Position numbers and translations under genes: made by a program. Source: a virus (Duplodnaviria > Caudoviricetes). Taken from it: DNA of 64,000 nucleotides. Below the pieces are notes generated by a model. That model was not told where the DNA came from. It did no database searches and was given only the letters and a program-made list of their open reading frames with translations. How positions within the stretch are numbered: position 1 is the stretch's first letter; the number at the start of each line of letters is the position of its first letter. The stretch is taken from IMG/VR virus record IMGVR_UViG_2974736276_000001, positions 1-64,000 of that record, one strand, 5' to 3'. Shown here one piece after another: positions 63,590 to 64,000 of the stretch.

Positions 63590-63805
63590 TTATAACAGAA
63601 TTGCTGGAGCAGGAGAAACTGGGAAAACCGGAGCATTCTTAATTTCATTAACTTTAGTATGAAGTTTATCAATCTTAACTTCAACTTTGTCTACTGCATC
63701 TTGCACAACTCTTTCAACTTTTCGGGTAGAACTATTACGAGTGACTAATGCACCGATAACAAACCCTATAACAAAAATAGCTACATGTAGCAAAAACGTT
63801 TCCAT
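63590..63805 (-). CDS. late single-TM membrane protein
   Basis: N-terminal TM segment; AGGAGG SD. Confidence 0.7.
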   Translation of the reverse strand: METFLLHVAIFVIGFVIGALVTRNSSTRKVERVVQDAVDKVEVKIDKLHTKVNEIKNAPVFPVSPAPAILL

Positions 63806-63809
63806 ATAT

Positions 63810-63837
63810 CCTCCTGTATTTACAGGAAGTATTTATA
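63810..63837 (-). promoter_or_regulatory. late promoter TATAAATA plus SD-occluding hairpin
   Basis: TATAAATA-CTTCCTGTA-AA-TACAGGAGG. Confidence 0.8.
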
Positions 63838-63886
63838 GAGCACCCAGGTCAATGCTCAATCAGTGTAAAGCCTGGCGTTAAGAATT

Positions 63887-63961
63887 TGGAGCTGCCGATG
63901 GGAGTCGAACCCACGTCTACTGGGTGGAAGCCAGGGATAATAGCCACTATACGACGACAGC
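63887..63961 (-). tRNA. tRNA-Gly (anticodon TCC), CCA encoded
   Basis: cloverleaf: GCTGTCG/CGGCAGC acceptor, CT-TCC-AC loop, GGTTCGACTCC T-arm, U73, CCA. Confidence 0.92.
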
Positions 63962-64000
63962 AATTTAACGGTGTTTACTATCCGCAAAGCACCGGCAGAG

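Noticed and set aside
1542-63881. The many + strand ORFs of 60-170 aa in the ORF track
   Set aside because: They are antisense shadows of well-supported - strand genes, with no recognisable motifs, and this region of T4-like genomes is transcribed in one direction.

Overview
This window is the early/middle-gene arm of a T4-like (Tevenvirinae/Straboviridae-type) myophage, running from rIIA to the edge of the tRNA cluster. Essentially all genes are on the - strand and follow T4 gene order: rIIA, fused topoisomerase 39+60, cef, motB, dexA, dda, srd, modB, soc, segF, 56, 61, spackle, 41, 40, uvsX, 42, 43, regA, 62, 44, 45, rpbA, 46, 47, alpha-gt, 55, nrdH, 49, pin, nrdC, nrdC.10/11, rI, tk, vs, regB, denV, an internal protein, e, nudE, e.6 and tRNA-Gly. 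Gene calls come from recalled T4 protein sequences, motifs and synteny; no database search was run. Departures from T4 at the syntenic positions: no beta-gt, imm, nrdD/nrdG or vs.6; an inserted 483-aa SF2-helicase-like gene upstream of gene 55; a 2OG-Fe(II)-oxygenase-like gene; a YbiI/TraR zinc finger; and three Pin paralogs. The most striking unexplained signals are non-coding. (1) A ~200-nt, heavily paired and apparently pseudoknotted RNA candidate beside the tRNA region (63383-63585). (2) A rare-codon 12-aa leader ORF whose stop codon lies in the loop of a hairpin that hides the next gene's Shine-Dalgarno (51445-51512). (3) A structured leader before vs.8. (4) A recurring architecture of promoters embedded in inverted repeats or followed by SD-occluding hairpins.
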